NCBI GenBank assembly: GCA_023920165.1
Contig: CP089280.1
Coordinates: forward strand, 1,302,001 to 1,366,000
Reading direction: 5' to 3'
Length of the DNA: 64,000 nt
DNA from: Curvularia clavata
Lineage: Eukaryota
The notes beneath the pieces are model-generated. The model was given only the letters and a program-made list of their open reading frames with translations. It was not told the DNA's origin and searched no databases. The position numbers and the translations under genes are program-made. Positions 51,006 through 63,458 of the stretch are shown piece after piece. Position 1 is the first letter of the stretch; the number at the start of each line of letters is the position of its first letter.

Positions 51006-53804
51006 TGTCGACAGCTTCGCTCTGGCTTCGAAACTCGATGTATCACAGCGAGCACAAGGAAACAGATACTGGGGTGTGAAAATTTGGGGCCGGAATACAG
51101 GGACCTGAGCGTGCATTTTGGTCTTTATATTCCGAGTCAGCATCCTTGAACGGTGGAGGATCCGACGAAATCCCATCACGTGATGACGGGGCACCATTAT
51201 CCCACCTTCTTGTCGTAACAGGATGCATAAGCCACAGCAACAGGGACGCGGGATGTGCTGAGCTTGCTTCCTTGACGGGTAGCGACTCATCCCACCACTA
51301 CTCGTTCGGGCCGGAACGCCATCTCGTTAACGCTACCTTACACGTAACCAGCGAGCCCTCGGCCTTCTGCCTGGTTCTTGCCGATCCATTGACAGGGTGG
51401 GTCACCTGGCTGGCTCTCGCGTATCCTCCCGTACGGACGGTAACGGTAGTTAGCTGCATATTGAAACCGACACCCTGATTTGTTGCGAGGGCCCACTTCA
51501 CTTACACTGGTGGCATAGCGTTGTCGCGTTGACCTGCCGATCTCTTGGTATCTACCACCCTCTTTTGTAGGCCGTCAGACGGTACAGTATGTGCCAAATC
51601 CATCACTCACAACAATGTCCACACTGCACGTCAAGGCCCGCCAGATTGGGACTATGTGCTGAAAGCAGAAAGCTTTGTCGACGGACATGAGCGATGGGCA
51701 GGGGTGGGGAGAACAAGCAAACCACACCCGTAAAGTATGGCTGTATCTTAAGCCCTATCCGGGCCAACCGCCAATGGAGTGTGAGATTTTGGAATTCACC
51801 ACACCAGCTCGCCACGTCTAGACAGCCCTCCTGAGCATTTGGCTTTCAGACAATGCTAAACAGGCAAGGGTTCGAAGGCTGATGATGCGGATGCGGGCGC
51901 CCAGAGGCAATAAGGCCGACCGAATCAGGTCCCCATGGAGAGCATGCGAAATCAGTCCATACGTACAGTGTGGTGGATCGTGCCCCGCAAGATAGAGTAC
52001 GCTGGCTTTGCGCTTGCATGATAGGGGGGGTGCCGTTCAGACTACCAATCCCACGAGTCAGACTTCGTCGTCCGATTAAAGACCAATGGCTAGATACAAA
52101 GGCGCTCAACGAGTTCAGGTTGGGTGCGGTCGCATCTTGTGGAGAGCACAAGCGGACGCTTTGAAGCTACAGTCGCCAAAATAGTTTGACAGCCTGAAAC
52201 GAGTGCGCCCCTGTGTTTCGAGATGGAAACACATCCCACCTGAAGACGGCCATGTACACCACAGATACCATTAATCTAGGAGCTTTGAAAAGTTTGCATC
52301 CAGAGAATCTCCAACATAATGCAACAGTAGGGTCAAGTTCAGCCCAGGCAAGTGCACAACCCCAGTATCAGCTTGAACAACCACTGACGTCGACTGAAGA
52401 TGGAAGAATCCCGCCACCAGTACCTCACACAATACGATCTTAAATTTCTATCATCATACCCGGTCGCGTTCTGTGGCTATCCCCAATGGCTTTCCACACG
52501 CAACGCTTACTGGATGAGCGCTCACCCGACGTATCAAATAGGAGCCAGCCTTGTGCAAACAGGGATAAGCCACAAGCGTTGTGAATTCAGCCCTTTGCAA
52601 GGACTAATCACACAAGCCTCGAGAGCTCGAGCACTGGAACTTACTGCAACCGTTTGAAAGGATGGGTATATTGGCCTCCGCCACCAACCGCTCATGGGCT
52701 GTATTGGAGGGCTGTGGAGCGAACATGACAAGGGACATGGTATCAGCTGGCTGCACACAGAGTCAAGCTCAAGAGGCTCTCTACAGTCGCTGATACGCCC
52801 CGTTGCCGAAACCAGACAGGGCTAACCGCAGATGCCGCAGGTTCAGTCGAGCTGACGTGTGGTTTTTTTCGACGCCACAAGCGGGCCCCTTGAGCAATGG
52901 CATCACGCCTTCCTTGTTGGTGTGCACACGGATACAAGAAGAGAAAGCATCGACCCACCCCACCGTGTAAGTGGCGTTTCTGGAGAGTCGCGGCTCTTTT
53001 GGCGGATGAAGGCCAGGTTTGTGGCCTGTCGTCTACCGGGGTGAGAGAACAACAGGCGCTATGCAAGGGTCCATGCTGGTCCCACCCAGACGCAGGATCG
53101 TATTGAATAACCTCTAGGGGCCGTTGCCCGTCGTCTCTCTTCGCACAGATAGGCCTCGAGTAAGCCGTGTGACCGATCACCATGATCTGCCATGGCTCAG
53201 TGACTCGTTTCTGGATTGGGTTTGGAGGCACTCATGTGCTCTTTGCAGCCTCGAAGCCGTCACCAAGACAAGGAAAAACAAAGTCTGTCATCCGCTGCGC
53301 AAAGGTCTAGATACCGAGACAAGCACAGCTTGTCCTTGCTTTTCCCTGTGGTTTGCGACATAGCGGAAACGTTTGGAGTGTTGGGGCCCCCCCATGGGCG
53401 GAGCATTTTCATTGGCCTGTGCTCCACACGTACTTTACTGCCGAGTCAGATATCTTTCTTTCGCTTGCGCATAGCAGAAACCGAAACTGGGCCATGTCCA
53501 CAAGGTGGCCTACGATGGTCACGCAAAGTCTACTGCTTGGGCTGAAGGCGCGAATTAATTTGCCCTGTGTGAAACCCTAACAAGCGCCGCACCTGTAGGG
53601 CAGCAACGGGCCTGGGCAGAGAGGCAGTTGCCTAGCTAACCCCAACGCCGGCAAGGGCGTCATGACAAGTATGCAGGTTCGCTGCACGCTGTCCAGAGAA
53701 TGACGACGTTGTGGTTGCATCCACGGAATCCTACAATCCTGCACTGTACGATCTAAGCATCGATCACATCTCATCTTGGGCATATGTACATTTGATGACA
53801 TGGC

Positions 53805-56411
53805 ATGAGCATAATGCCTACCCACCGGCTCAGCAACCCCGGTTCACTGGATCTTGGTAGCCACCAGGATCCCGCAGATGGAGCTAACACTGCACGATGC
53901 GATTCCCAGTCTGCTGCGATGGATCCATCGGAGCCTGCGAATGCGAATCCGCGCACTCGATCGTCTCATGCACTACACCAAGATACTCTCGCCTATCACA
54001 AAGCTTTGGGCGACATAAGCTCATCACCTCCGAAAGTGACTAGCCAGTCTGGCAGAAAGCCAGTCAGTCATGGTTGCATTCGTCATGACAGCGCTGGTGC
54101 AGACGACGTTCAAGACTACCGAGACCAACAGCACGCAAGGCGTCAAGCCGTGCCCATCAATCTTGCATTTCGGCTCGGAAATCGATCCAATGGCGTGCCC
54201 CTTGCCACCATTATTGAGCAAGGTTCATACTCCACACTAGAGTCTCGAAGCTCCCTCTTCAATGTCGGTCCATTTCCCTCATTGCGCGTGTTGGAAAATA
54301 TCTCGCCAAGCTGTGCTTCGCCCAAGGTTTCGCCGTGTTCCGATGATCATGCTCTCCAGCTTATTACAGGAAGTGCCCGGCAGGAGCAAGCGCTGGACCT
54401 AACGCCTCGAGCGTGTTACAAGCCATCTTACAAGGATATCGGCAACTTGTCTCCGCGAGGCAAGACCACCATACCATCTCTACAGCTCATCTTGAATCAC
54501 CCGCAAAATATACAACATCAATCAAAGGAAATTGGTCGTGACGGAAATAGCACAAATGCAAAGGAATTTGTCCGTGGAGTACTTCACCAAGTCCGAGCTA
54601 CCGCCCGAACCCGGTCCAAGTCGTCCTCAACGCACACACCCATCACTGAATATCATGAAATTCAACCAGAGAAGAGCAAGGATGACCTAGAAGGTCAGGC
54701 TTCTGCTTCTGGGGCGTTCCGGTCCGACAACAACTCGCTGGAAAGGCCACCTTTTGAACCCATTGCGCCCCTGAGCGTGACTCAATTGTCAGCTCTAGAG
54801 CAGCATCAGAGCAGGGATGCGAGGACCCTGACAGCAGACTCTGGACCTTCAGCTCGTCTAGACTTTCCCTCGTGCAAGTACCCTCCGCCTCCGCCTTCAT
54901 CGCATGCTCAACTTGTGGTTACGCCTCAGCCATCAAAACCCACGACCGCAACGCCCAAATGCCAACGATCATGTTCAGTGCTCGTGGATCCCGAACCACA
55001 AGCTGACTTACAAAAAGGCTGTTGTAGGGAAGTTTCTGAACTGCCAACTTACCACGAGAACCCTGCTCAAATTAGAAGCGCGTTCTATAGCGTCTCTGTG
55101 CCCAGCAATGCCAGTCTTTTGCTAGCAGAGAATGATTGTACCAGGGATGCCAGTCAAAACACAAGCTTCTGCAGTACTGTCTCCACATCCTATTCTGGTA
55201 CCGTAGTCGGCGTAGATGTTGATTTACAGCACGAATTTCCCCATACAGTGCGCCACCCGCGTCTGACTACACCCATGGCGCCAGTATGGTTCACTCCACG
55301 GATAGCGGAGCGGGAGGAACAAGGTCCTGTCTCTGGGTATTCTGAAACCAAGCAAGAACAGGAAACAGAATTGCCACGTCGCTCCATTACTTCTGCTGCT
55401 TTAACCACTCTCTTACCCATAGCTGTAGCATCGGGGATCGTTCGCCCAAACTACGAAACACCGAAGATATCATTCTTTTCGCCATCTGGCAATCTGATCC
55501 AGCCAGAGGAGTGCTTTACGCCTAGCACAACGCATACCTCGGATTCCGGTAGAGCGCCTTCCGTAAAATCCAAGTACAACAAACCCACCCCTCCACACTA
55601 TAGAATATTTCCGGTAACTTGTCTGCCTCCTCCAAGACCTTCCCTGAGACCGATGATCACACCACCTACAACGTCGGTACCCCTTCCCCCAAATTTGCGA
55701 CACCACCACAACTACAAACGTCCCGAAAAAGCGCAGATCAATCCTGAAACCGAGTGTGTATATTCCTTTATTACAACTGGTCCTGCGGTCAAAGGATGTG
55801 ACGGCATCGTGCAGACTAGTACACTCCCTGCTTACAGCCAGACACACCGATCATATGAAAAGATAAAAGCACGCCCTCAATACAGAAGACACGGACCAGC
55901 AGAATCCTTCAAAGAGGACATCAGATTGGAGGTGAGAGCCCGCCAAGCCCGAATGATCACAGCCATCACCGCCAGCTGCACGACCACGGGAAAAGGAAGG
56001 CTCCTTGGTAAGCAAAACGCAGCAACCAAGCACGCTAGTATGCCTCACAAACGGATGTGTGCAGGTGCCGTTTCTACGTCTGGCAGGAAGCACCTACATA
56101 CACGGTATGCAAGGCGAAGGCACAACACTGTACTCCTCGGACCCGTAACTGGACATGTGTTGCGAGTCTGCTTCTGTCAGCCATATGACGGCGCAGGGAA
56201 GCCGACTCATGATGTATCCGCGAAGACATTCTGCATGGGAGGCCATGCTAGTGATATGCATGAGAATCCGAATAAGGAAAGCCTTCCCATCAACGTGACG
56301 AAGGGGGCCATATTAGACGCCGTTCTCCCCAACGCTCGGGTCGTCACGGGCGTCAACCGGAAGATCACCATCACCAACAGCACTCGTAAGCGCACGAGGA
56401 TCCGCAGGTGA
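53805..56411 (+). CDS. Uncharacterised, largely low-complexity protein, 868 aa
   Basis: Single 2.6-kb ORF, far longer than chance; Ser/Pro/Thr-rich with short islands (LATIIEQGS, YSGTVVGVDVDL, LLPIAVASGIVRPNYETPKISFFSPSGNLIQ, RVCFCQP). Start codon uncertain. Confidence 0.7.
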   Translation: MSIMPTHRLSNPGSLDLGSHQDPADGANTARCDSQSAAMDPSEPANANPRTRSSHALHQDTLAYHKALGDISSSPPKVTSQSGRKPVSHGCIRHDSAGADDVQDYRDQQHARRQAVPINLAFRLGNRSNGVPLATIIEQGSYSTLESRSSLFNVGPFPSLRVLENISPSCASPKVSPCSDDHALQLITGSARQEQALDLTPRACYKPSYKDIGNLSPRGKTTIPSLQLILNHPQNIQHQSKEIGRDGNSTNAKEFVRGVLHQVRATARTRSKSSSTHTPITEYHEIQPEKSKDDLEGQASASGAFRSDNNSLERPPFEPIAPLSVTQLSALEQHQSRDARTLTADSGPSARLDFPSCKYPPPPPSSHAQLVVTPQPSKPTTATPKCQRSCSVLVDPEPQADLQKGCCREVSELPTYHENPAQIRSAFYSVSVPSNASLLLAENDCTRDASQNTSFCSTVSTSYSGTVVGVDVDLQHEFPHTVRHPRLTTPMAPVWFTPRIAEREEQGPVSGYSETKQEQETELPRRSITSAALTTLLPIAVASGIVRPNYETPKISFFSPSGNLIQPEECFTPSTTHTSDSGRAPSVKSKYNKPTPPHYRIFPVTCLPPPRPSLRPMITPPTTSVPLPPNLRHHHNYKRPEKAQINPETECVYSFITTGPAVKGCDGIVQTSTLPAYSQTHRSYEKIKARPQYRRHGPAESFKEDIRLEVRARQARMITAITASCTTTGKGRLLGKQNAATKHASMPHKRMCAGAVSTSGRKHLHTRYARRRHNTVLLGPVTGHVLRVCFCQPYDGAGKPTHDVSAKTFCMGGHASDMHENPNKESLPINVTKGAILDAVLPNARVVTGVNRKITITNSTRKRTRIRR

Positions 56412-59057
56412 CAGGGCAGTTTGACTACGAAACCCCAGACACCGTGTCAGACTGCAATGTGATAGCGCTACGGGTGTGTGGGGGTCGGGCGGGGCCCACC
56501 ACGGATTTGCCCCCCCTCCGATTTGAAAACTAGGATCGGCAGTCAGTTTGGGATGCGAGTGTTGTACTGGATATGTCGGTTTGTATTTTACCAAGCCGGC
56601 GCGGAGCGTTTTCTGTCAGATCAAAAACGGGCAGTGAGTTTGCGCTGCAATAGGCAAACTTGGCGGCAGAGTTGGCGTAGGAGTTACCCTGATCGGCCGG
56701 TAGACGAGAAAAGCAAGCAGAGATTATCGTTGTTTTGGCGTGGGCTTTTCTACATTCAGTAATGTACAGAATAGCCATTGAAATAGCATGGAATAGTGAG
56801 GGTGTACGGGCTGGCCCGGATGAATTAGGTAAGTGATCAGTACCCTGACGCGATCATCAGTTGCAGTTTCGTTCTTTCATTTCTTGTTTTGTTCTCTCTA
56901 ATTTCCAGACGTATGGTACTATATGCCTGCGCAAATCATGTCTTGGTCCAAATACTTGCGAGACGTGACCAGTGAGCAGCGCGACCAGAAGAAGGGGTTT
57001 CCTTGTTTTAGCAGCCCACCCCTGTCAATGATTGGCTGAAAAGATCGACTCCACCTCGTCCCCGACATTTAGAGACGCTGATCCTCCGTGACAAATGGGG
57101 CTGTCTGAAAAAAGGAATGATGTTCCCGCCTTGCCGTAGAGCGTTGCTTATCAGATTGGCAACAGCCCTTGTTGATGTCTGTACACCTTGCAGTCACGGG
57201 CAAAAAATAAGTGGTGTAGAAACAGGACCACACATTTGCTCATTATCACTACCAAGAAACTACGCAGCCGCAAAAAAAGAACCCACCGTAGCACGTTCGG
57301 AAACTACCCGGCAAGTTGATGAATCATTCCAAGGCCGAGCAGCCTTTGCCACACGTACCTACCAACCTAGACCGAACGTGGCTGAACGTTATCTACGTAC
57401 GTTTAGACGCCAGCGGCTGCGACCAAGCCAATCACCACCGAAATTCCAGAAACCATCCAAAGACACGCGGAAACGACCAGCCTTTTGCCGATAAAAACGA
57501 CTTCAGTACAGAAAGTGATGTACACGCATACTCAAATCGAAGCCAGGGAACATAAATAGAGAAGGAAAGAAAAACAAGGGTAATGTGCCAGTTCAATATC
57601 CAGCCAGAACAAACCACGTAAACGGTCTCCTGGCATCGGCGATTGCACCCTCTTGCTTTATGCCACTATGACCACCACACATGCAATAAAACCAGCCAAC
57701 GGACGTATAATTCCGAAACGGGGAAACCGAAGAAATACAAAAATTCTCAAAAGAAATAGGTATGCTGCAATAGCAGAAAACGAAACAAAACAAGAAATGC
57801 AAAAGTCGTTCATACGGTAAGCCGGCCGACGAACCTCGCCAGTCCGTGCATGTTTCTTGCACGGGTAAAAGTATGCACAACATAAATTCGGGGTGCCGAG
57901 TCTGCCGACTCAGTGGTTGACAATTTGCTTTTATTCTGCCTTGTCATCGTCGTGGCTGCACAGACACGCTAGTGGGCAAGGGCAATGTGCAGGGGGTACC
58001 AAGACAGCAGTGAGCAGAAAAAGAGAACGAAGCAGAGATATTACGCGCGTTGCGAAATGTAGTGGCGTCTCCTCATTTGTTTTCCCCCATATTTTGACGG
58101 GACAAAAGCAAAGGAGTGAGTCTGGGTATGTCTCTGTGGGTGGGTGCACCCGCCAGCTTGCGGTCTATGTAGGGGAGGGACGATGGCCATGTCGGTCGGG
58201 TAAGTACTACTAGACAGGTCTCGATGCGGCTGGACAGAGAGTAGTAGAGTGTGCCGTAAAGTGGTGCCATTTTAGACAAGTTGGCCAATCGCTCATGCCG
58301 AAATGCTTGGACTAGCTGAGCAATGGTGTATGTCATTATGCTGTAGCGAAGCCTCAGAAGGCGTATCTACTATCTATCAGACGATTTATGGCGTGAGTGC
58401 GTGTGTGTGTGGGAGAGGGAGAAGAAGATAGAGTCAGAGAGCAAAAAAGGGTCCTTGATTGTATGCAGTTGTTTTTTCACCCAACTCGGGTTGTGTGCAG
58501 GGGGGATCCCCGAGTCAGAGCAACTAAAAGATGCAGTTCTGTACAACCAGCACGGCTACACTTGCCCTGGTTTCGCCTTGTAAACGACATTGAAAAAAAG
58601 CCCGTCTTCGGGGCGTATGTACCCACCCCTGCGCGCCAGTCACGTATCCAATGGTGATGTCCGTCGATCAAATCTCCTCCGCCTCACTTGCGCATCATCG
58701 ACCCGACGGCCTGGTAACGCACATGCAGAACTAAAACAATTCCCATTCCCGGGTAAAATGGGGAATGCGAATCCCTTTTTCACCAGGTCGCCGATTTCCT
58801 AATTTGAACATATGCGCATCACAAGTCATGAAGCACACAGGGAGGACGAAAAAAGAAAATGAGCTGGAGGACATCAAACCAAGTCATGTCCTGCGCTGAG
58901 CCCTGCATGCCAGGGTAGGCGAAGAGGGTTGTCGCTCAGTCACCATCTGTGCCGAGTATGGATGTGCTGGTATTTGGAAAGGCGGGCGGATCAATGACGA
59001 GTTCCGCGGAGTGGGTGATCAGCCCAAGCGGGGGGTGTGTGGCTTGGAATGGGCTGC

Positions 59058-60797
59058 TTAGTATGGGTTGCTTGGCTTCTCAGCCCAGAGGTCCTTCCAA
59101 AACTGCTTGAAGCCATACTGCTTCTCGCGGCGCTCATCTCGGACGCGGACCGGCCCACCAATGATGTTGTCGAGAACACTCTTTTGGCCAGACACGTACC
59201 CTGTGTCTACCTTCTTGGGTGGCCTGCGGGTACGGTCGATGATGGCGGTAGCGAGCTGGGGCGCAACATCGGCAAAGCATGAGTTCAGCTCGCGCTGAAG
59301 GTTGAAGTATGGTCTTTTGGCTAGCTCAGGTGCCTGCAAGTTGTAACTCCGCGCCTTGTCGTTGAGATCCTTGATGGCCACAGCAAGGTAGCCGCCTTCA
59401 ACACGTTCCCAGTCTGGATCACGGAAGGGGTGTGGTGCTGGAGGCACTTCAGCTTCCAGGGGTTGAACAGGTATTTCCACAGATTGCTTTGAGACATCTT
59501 TGACGGAACCCGCAGAAGGATCCTGAGCTACAGCTTCCGGAGAAGCGTCCAGCGTGACCATCTCGGCTTCAACTTTCTCTACGACCACTGGTTTGGCGTC
59601 GGAACTGTCAGCTGGCGGGGTTACCTTCAGTTCTCCCGACAGTGAGATTTGAGACATGTGGCCATCGTCGTTAGTGGTGGTAAGTGTTTCCTGCCTCTTC
59701 CTCAATGGATTTGAAATGAGTTCGGCTTTGGCGTATGCCTCTGCCCTCCTGACTTGTTCTACTAGTGATCCACCTTTGCTAGCTATCATGCGTGCAGCAT
59801 GTCTCTTCCAGTCTGCGCGTAAGCGGGTTCGGAACTTCCTCACTGCCGATGTGAGTTCCTGTTGTTTCTCGATCCACGGTGGCACAATCTCCTGCTTTTG
59901 GATGATCTTGTTCATGAAGTACTCGGTTGTATCAATGAAAGGACTGGACGCATTGTAGTCACGTTCCACGTTTGCGTTCTTGCCCCGAGGAATATTCTTG
60001 AATTGGCCACGGGCAATTGCATCCTCAATCCTCTTGTTCGCCAACGAAGCCAGGCCTTGTATCGTTCCAGGTACAATGGCACGCGCGCCGGGTTCAAATC
60101 GTTCCTTCAGATCCTGGAGCCGTTTCTCACGCTCTGCAGCGTCGATGTCTCCGTTTTCTACCAGTGTCGCATACACAGTGCTCCTGTCACGAGCATTTGC
60201 CAATCGCAAACCACTGCCTCCCTTGTTGCGCTTGTGGCCAGTATCGATTGACTGTGGTGGTTGGACCCCCGGTATCTTTGGAGGGCGACCCAATCGCATA
60301 GGTTTATGGGCATCGTTCAGCATGCGCAAACTGGCGTCGTGGATGGATTCGGTACCAGCCCATGGTTCGGCTGTGGCGATGTCGCGTGTGTGGCGAGAGG
60401 CAGAAGCAGGCAGTTCTGCTTCGGATGATTTGAGGTTCGCAGCAGCAATACGTTGCTCTAGCTGTGCCTTGAGATCTGGACTGAATCCCGCCTCATCCAC
60501 AGCCTTGATCGCACTGTGTCCACCAGATATCAAGGCTTCTTCGCTCATGTCGCGTAGTCGTCGGGTGAGCGCCCCCTCTTCCTTCTCTTCCTCTATTCCT
60601 CTATTCGGACCCCTTCCCCCTACATCTTCAATGCCATTGCCATTGTTGTTAGATGTGCTGTTCTGGGTTGCTGCCTGTCCATACCATCTCATGTGGCCAC
60701 CCGCGGCAGCTCGCCTTGCGATGAAGACATTGGATCTTCTATTTGCGCGCAGGCAGCCTGCGCAAATATATCGTCTGGAGCACGTGTATGCGGGCAT
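59058..60797 (-). CDS. DUF1992 (DNAJC28-like conserved domain) protein, probably mitochondrial, 579 aa
   Basis: Single ORF with an Arg-rich N-terminus (YICAGCLR), WAGTESIHDASLRML and LANKRIEDAIARGQFKNIPRGK...DTTEYFMNKIIQKQEIVPPWIEKQQEL, which I recognise as the DUF1992 signature. Confidence 0.85.
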   Translation of the reverse strand: MPAYTCSRRYICAGCLRANRRSNVFIARRAAAGGHMRWYGQAATQNSTSNNNGNGIEDVGGRGPNRGIEEEKEEGALTRRLRDMSEEALISGGHSAIKAVDEAGFSPDLKAQLEQRIAAANLKSSEAELPASASRHTRDIATAEPWAGTESIHDASLRMLNDAHKPMRLGRPPKIPGVQPPQSIDTGHKRNKGGSGLRLANARDRSTVYATLVENGDIDAAEREKRLQDLKERFEPGARAIVPGTIQGLASLANKRIEDAIARGQFKNIPRGKNANVERDYNASSPFIDTTEYFMNKIIQKQEIVPPWIEKQQELTSAVRKFRTRLRADWKRHAARMIASKGGSLVEQVRRAEAYAKAELISNPLRKRQETLTTTNDDGHMSQISLSGELKVTPPADSSDAKPVVVEKVEAEMVTLDASPEAVAQDPSAGSVKDVSKQSVEIPVQPLEAEVPPAPHPFRDPDWERVEGGYLAVAIKDLNDKARSYNLQAPELAKRPYFNLQRELNSCFADVAPQLATAIIDRTRRPPKKVDTGYVSGQKSVLDNIIGGPVRVRDERREKQYGFKQFWKDLWAEKPSNPY

Positions 60798-61124
60798 ACA
60801 GAGAGCTTCAACAACCGACGGTACCGTGGCGAGAGATGGAATATGTTAGAATACAGAATAATTGAAGACAATACATCACTCACGTCATGGACTTTGCAGT
60901 GGCTAACTTCGAAGCTTAGCACATCGTCGTTATCGATAGCGAGCTTCAGCCGAGGCATGTCCGCTAGCGATTGCGTCCTTCACGGCTGCCATCTTCAATC
61001 TTGGATTGTATTCTTTATGTGCTTAATCTGCTGCTCGAATGCTACAGTACAGTCTCCTAACAGAATATGGCCCCGGCCTTTTTCTTAATATAATTTGCGT
61101 GTTCAGCAAAAAAAGGGCAAAAAC

Positions 61125-61400
61125 TCAATCAATCCTCACTCCTCTCAGCGTTTGTTGCTCCAGCAAAAAACCGTCTAGATTCCAACGGACGCCTTTCTAG
61201 CCTAGCAGCCCTATTTCGGAAGAAGCTAGGTCCGCTATAGGTATCTTTTATAAACCAGTTCGCAGCCCCTAGTGTGTATGGGTTCTCTCCTCGGTAGTGT
61301 TTCAACCCTTATAGCCTTATCAGCAGTTTGATGTTTGGGTACCCACCTAGTGTTGTGCGAGAAGCCTACCCGACCACTGAGAGGGGTGAGAATTGATTGA
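61125..61400. mobile_element. Candidate non-autonomous TIR element (MITE-like relic), 276 bp
   Basis: 61125-61150 (tcaatcaatcctcactcctctcagcg) is the reverse complement of 61375-61400 at 23/26 positions. The interior is non-coding and TpA/CTAG-rich. No clear target-site duplication. Confidence 0.55.
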
Positions 61401-61961
61401 TGGAAGGTGTGGAAAAATTGAAGTATTTAGTATCCTGTGATAGTATATGCACCCAGCCCAGTACTAGATTCATCCACTTGCTCACCAGTATCAGTCCGTT
61501 TGTTCACAACTCCACTCTTGGCTAGAAATGGAAGTTTAGGTAACTCTACTACATCTGAAATCCAGTGATGATATAGGAGAAACTCACTAGCGATGCGCTT
61601 CTACTGAAATTTTAAAAGAACGACAATGGTCACAGAAGGTAAATCTGCCTGGCCGCCTTATCTTCATACTTGCACAATTTCTACTTCATGTACCATCAAG
61701 AGGCATAACAACCAATAGATTGAGCATGCCCTCCTAAAACCACTAGTATTTACCATGTTTGATTGGATGACTGAAACTCAAGTTCCAATACGAGCAATGC
61801 GAACAGCTCAGCCTCCACAACAATGCTTGGCGCAATTAACCGTGGGATATGCGAACAACACAAATACGAGAGCATGTACATACTTGATCTTCAGCCCTTG
61901 TTGGGATGTAATATAGTTGCTACTTGACGAAGCATCTGCTGATTTGGCAGAGGCTCCAGCC

Positions 61962-63243
61962 ATGGGAGAGCAAAAGCATGCAATCACCGTTTCTGAGGTA
62001 GAGAAGGGAGACACTGAGGTAAGTGAATAGTAGCAAGCCCCATGTTAGTATTACGCTATCTCACATCTTGCAGACTCCTGTTCAATATACTACGCCAGTG
62101 TCTCCTCTCAAAGAGAATGAGATTACTCGTATTCCTACAGAGGCGACTTTGCACCCCAAAAAGGCCATCTCACCACAATCAACTTACCACATCTATGAGG
62201 AAACCCCACTCGACAAGTGCATTTCGCCGGTAATAGATCCAAAAAGGGAGAGGTGGTCTGGCCCAAGTCTGAAAGAACAGAAAATAAAGCGTCTGCAAAA
62301 AAAGGAGCGTGAGAGCTCTGGCCTACCCCCTGTCGAGCCAGATGATGCCGCTTTCTATATGCACCAGCCTTACCTGTCGTTCCATTTACCGCCCCAGGTC
62401 CTGTATATGGGCAACAGTAAGTACACAGCGAAGCCTGCCGTCATTATGCACGAAGGTTGCTTTTGGAAGAAGTACACACTACAATTAGGGCCGTCGATTA
62501 GCCAACCAGGCGTGATTGACCCGCGCGGTGTAGTAGCATGGCGCCACAATGGAGGCGACAAGAAAGCACTCAAAGCCGACCGCCACAAGCTCAAGGGATA
62601 CAAGGTCCGAGGATGGCGACTCTGGGGTGAAACGGGGAAAGCATATGTGCATGCTGTTAAAGCCAACCGAGTGGCAGGCAAAGGCCCAGATCCTGATGTG
62701 TTCGATTCAAAATCCGTAAATCCGGCAGTGGCTGAAGAAGTGGTCTGTTTGCGGTGGATGAGTCCCCTTTCCCGTCATACTCGATGCTATCACTTCCGCT
62801 ACATGGGTATCGATTTTTATTGGAAAGGAACTGCTTCTGTTCGTGAGTCACGGGCTTGTGGGTTACTATTACGCTTCAATCACTTGAAGCTCGTTGCTCG
62901 GTTGCCAATCGTTGACGACAAGAAGCATGAAGAGGACGAGCTTTGTTTGGGACGATATACGTGTTCGATTGCATGCAAGAAGAGTGGCACACTGGAGTTC
63001 TTCGATGCCACCATTCTTCATTTGATTGACGAGTATGGGCCATCGATGCTGGACTTGGGTTCTGTGGAGGAACAGTCAGAGGGGGACGCGGAAGCTGAGC
63101 GAGCTCTGAGATTGAGGAAAAGTAGACTGTATCAGGTATTTGTAGCGACGGCAATGTGCATGATAAAGAGTGAAAAAGAGAAACGACACACGCTAATGGA
63201 GTTGATTCTGGGTGTCGCAGAGGGCGGAGGCGGGGCTGCGTGA
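61962..63243 (+). CDS. Uncharacterised fungal protein, ~408 aa
   Basis: Exons 61962-62018 and 62074-63243 (GTAAGT...CAG, in frame). Globular-looking core: FYMHQPYLSFHLPP, GYKVRGWRLWGETGKAY, YHFRYMGIDFYWKGT, FVATAMCMIKSEKEKR. Confidence 0.82.
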
Positions 63244-63458
63244 AGATATTTAAGGAAACGACACTGGTCCAGTGTGTATATACTATTTTTTTTCTCGAAA
63301 TAGCAGATCCAGTATTTTCTAGGAACCTATGGAAAATGGAGGCCGTGATTGTTCCGGCGCGATGACGTTGTTCCCATCGCGTGTGTGAACTACGAATTGT
63401 CTGTGCTTTCCGAGACATTCTGTAGCAACCATCCCACTACTCCCAATACTTCATAACC

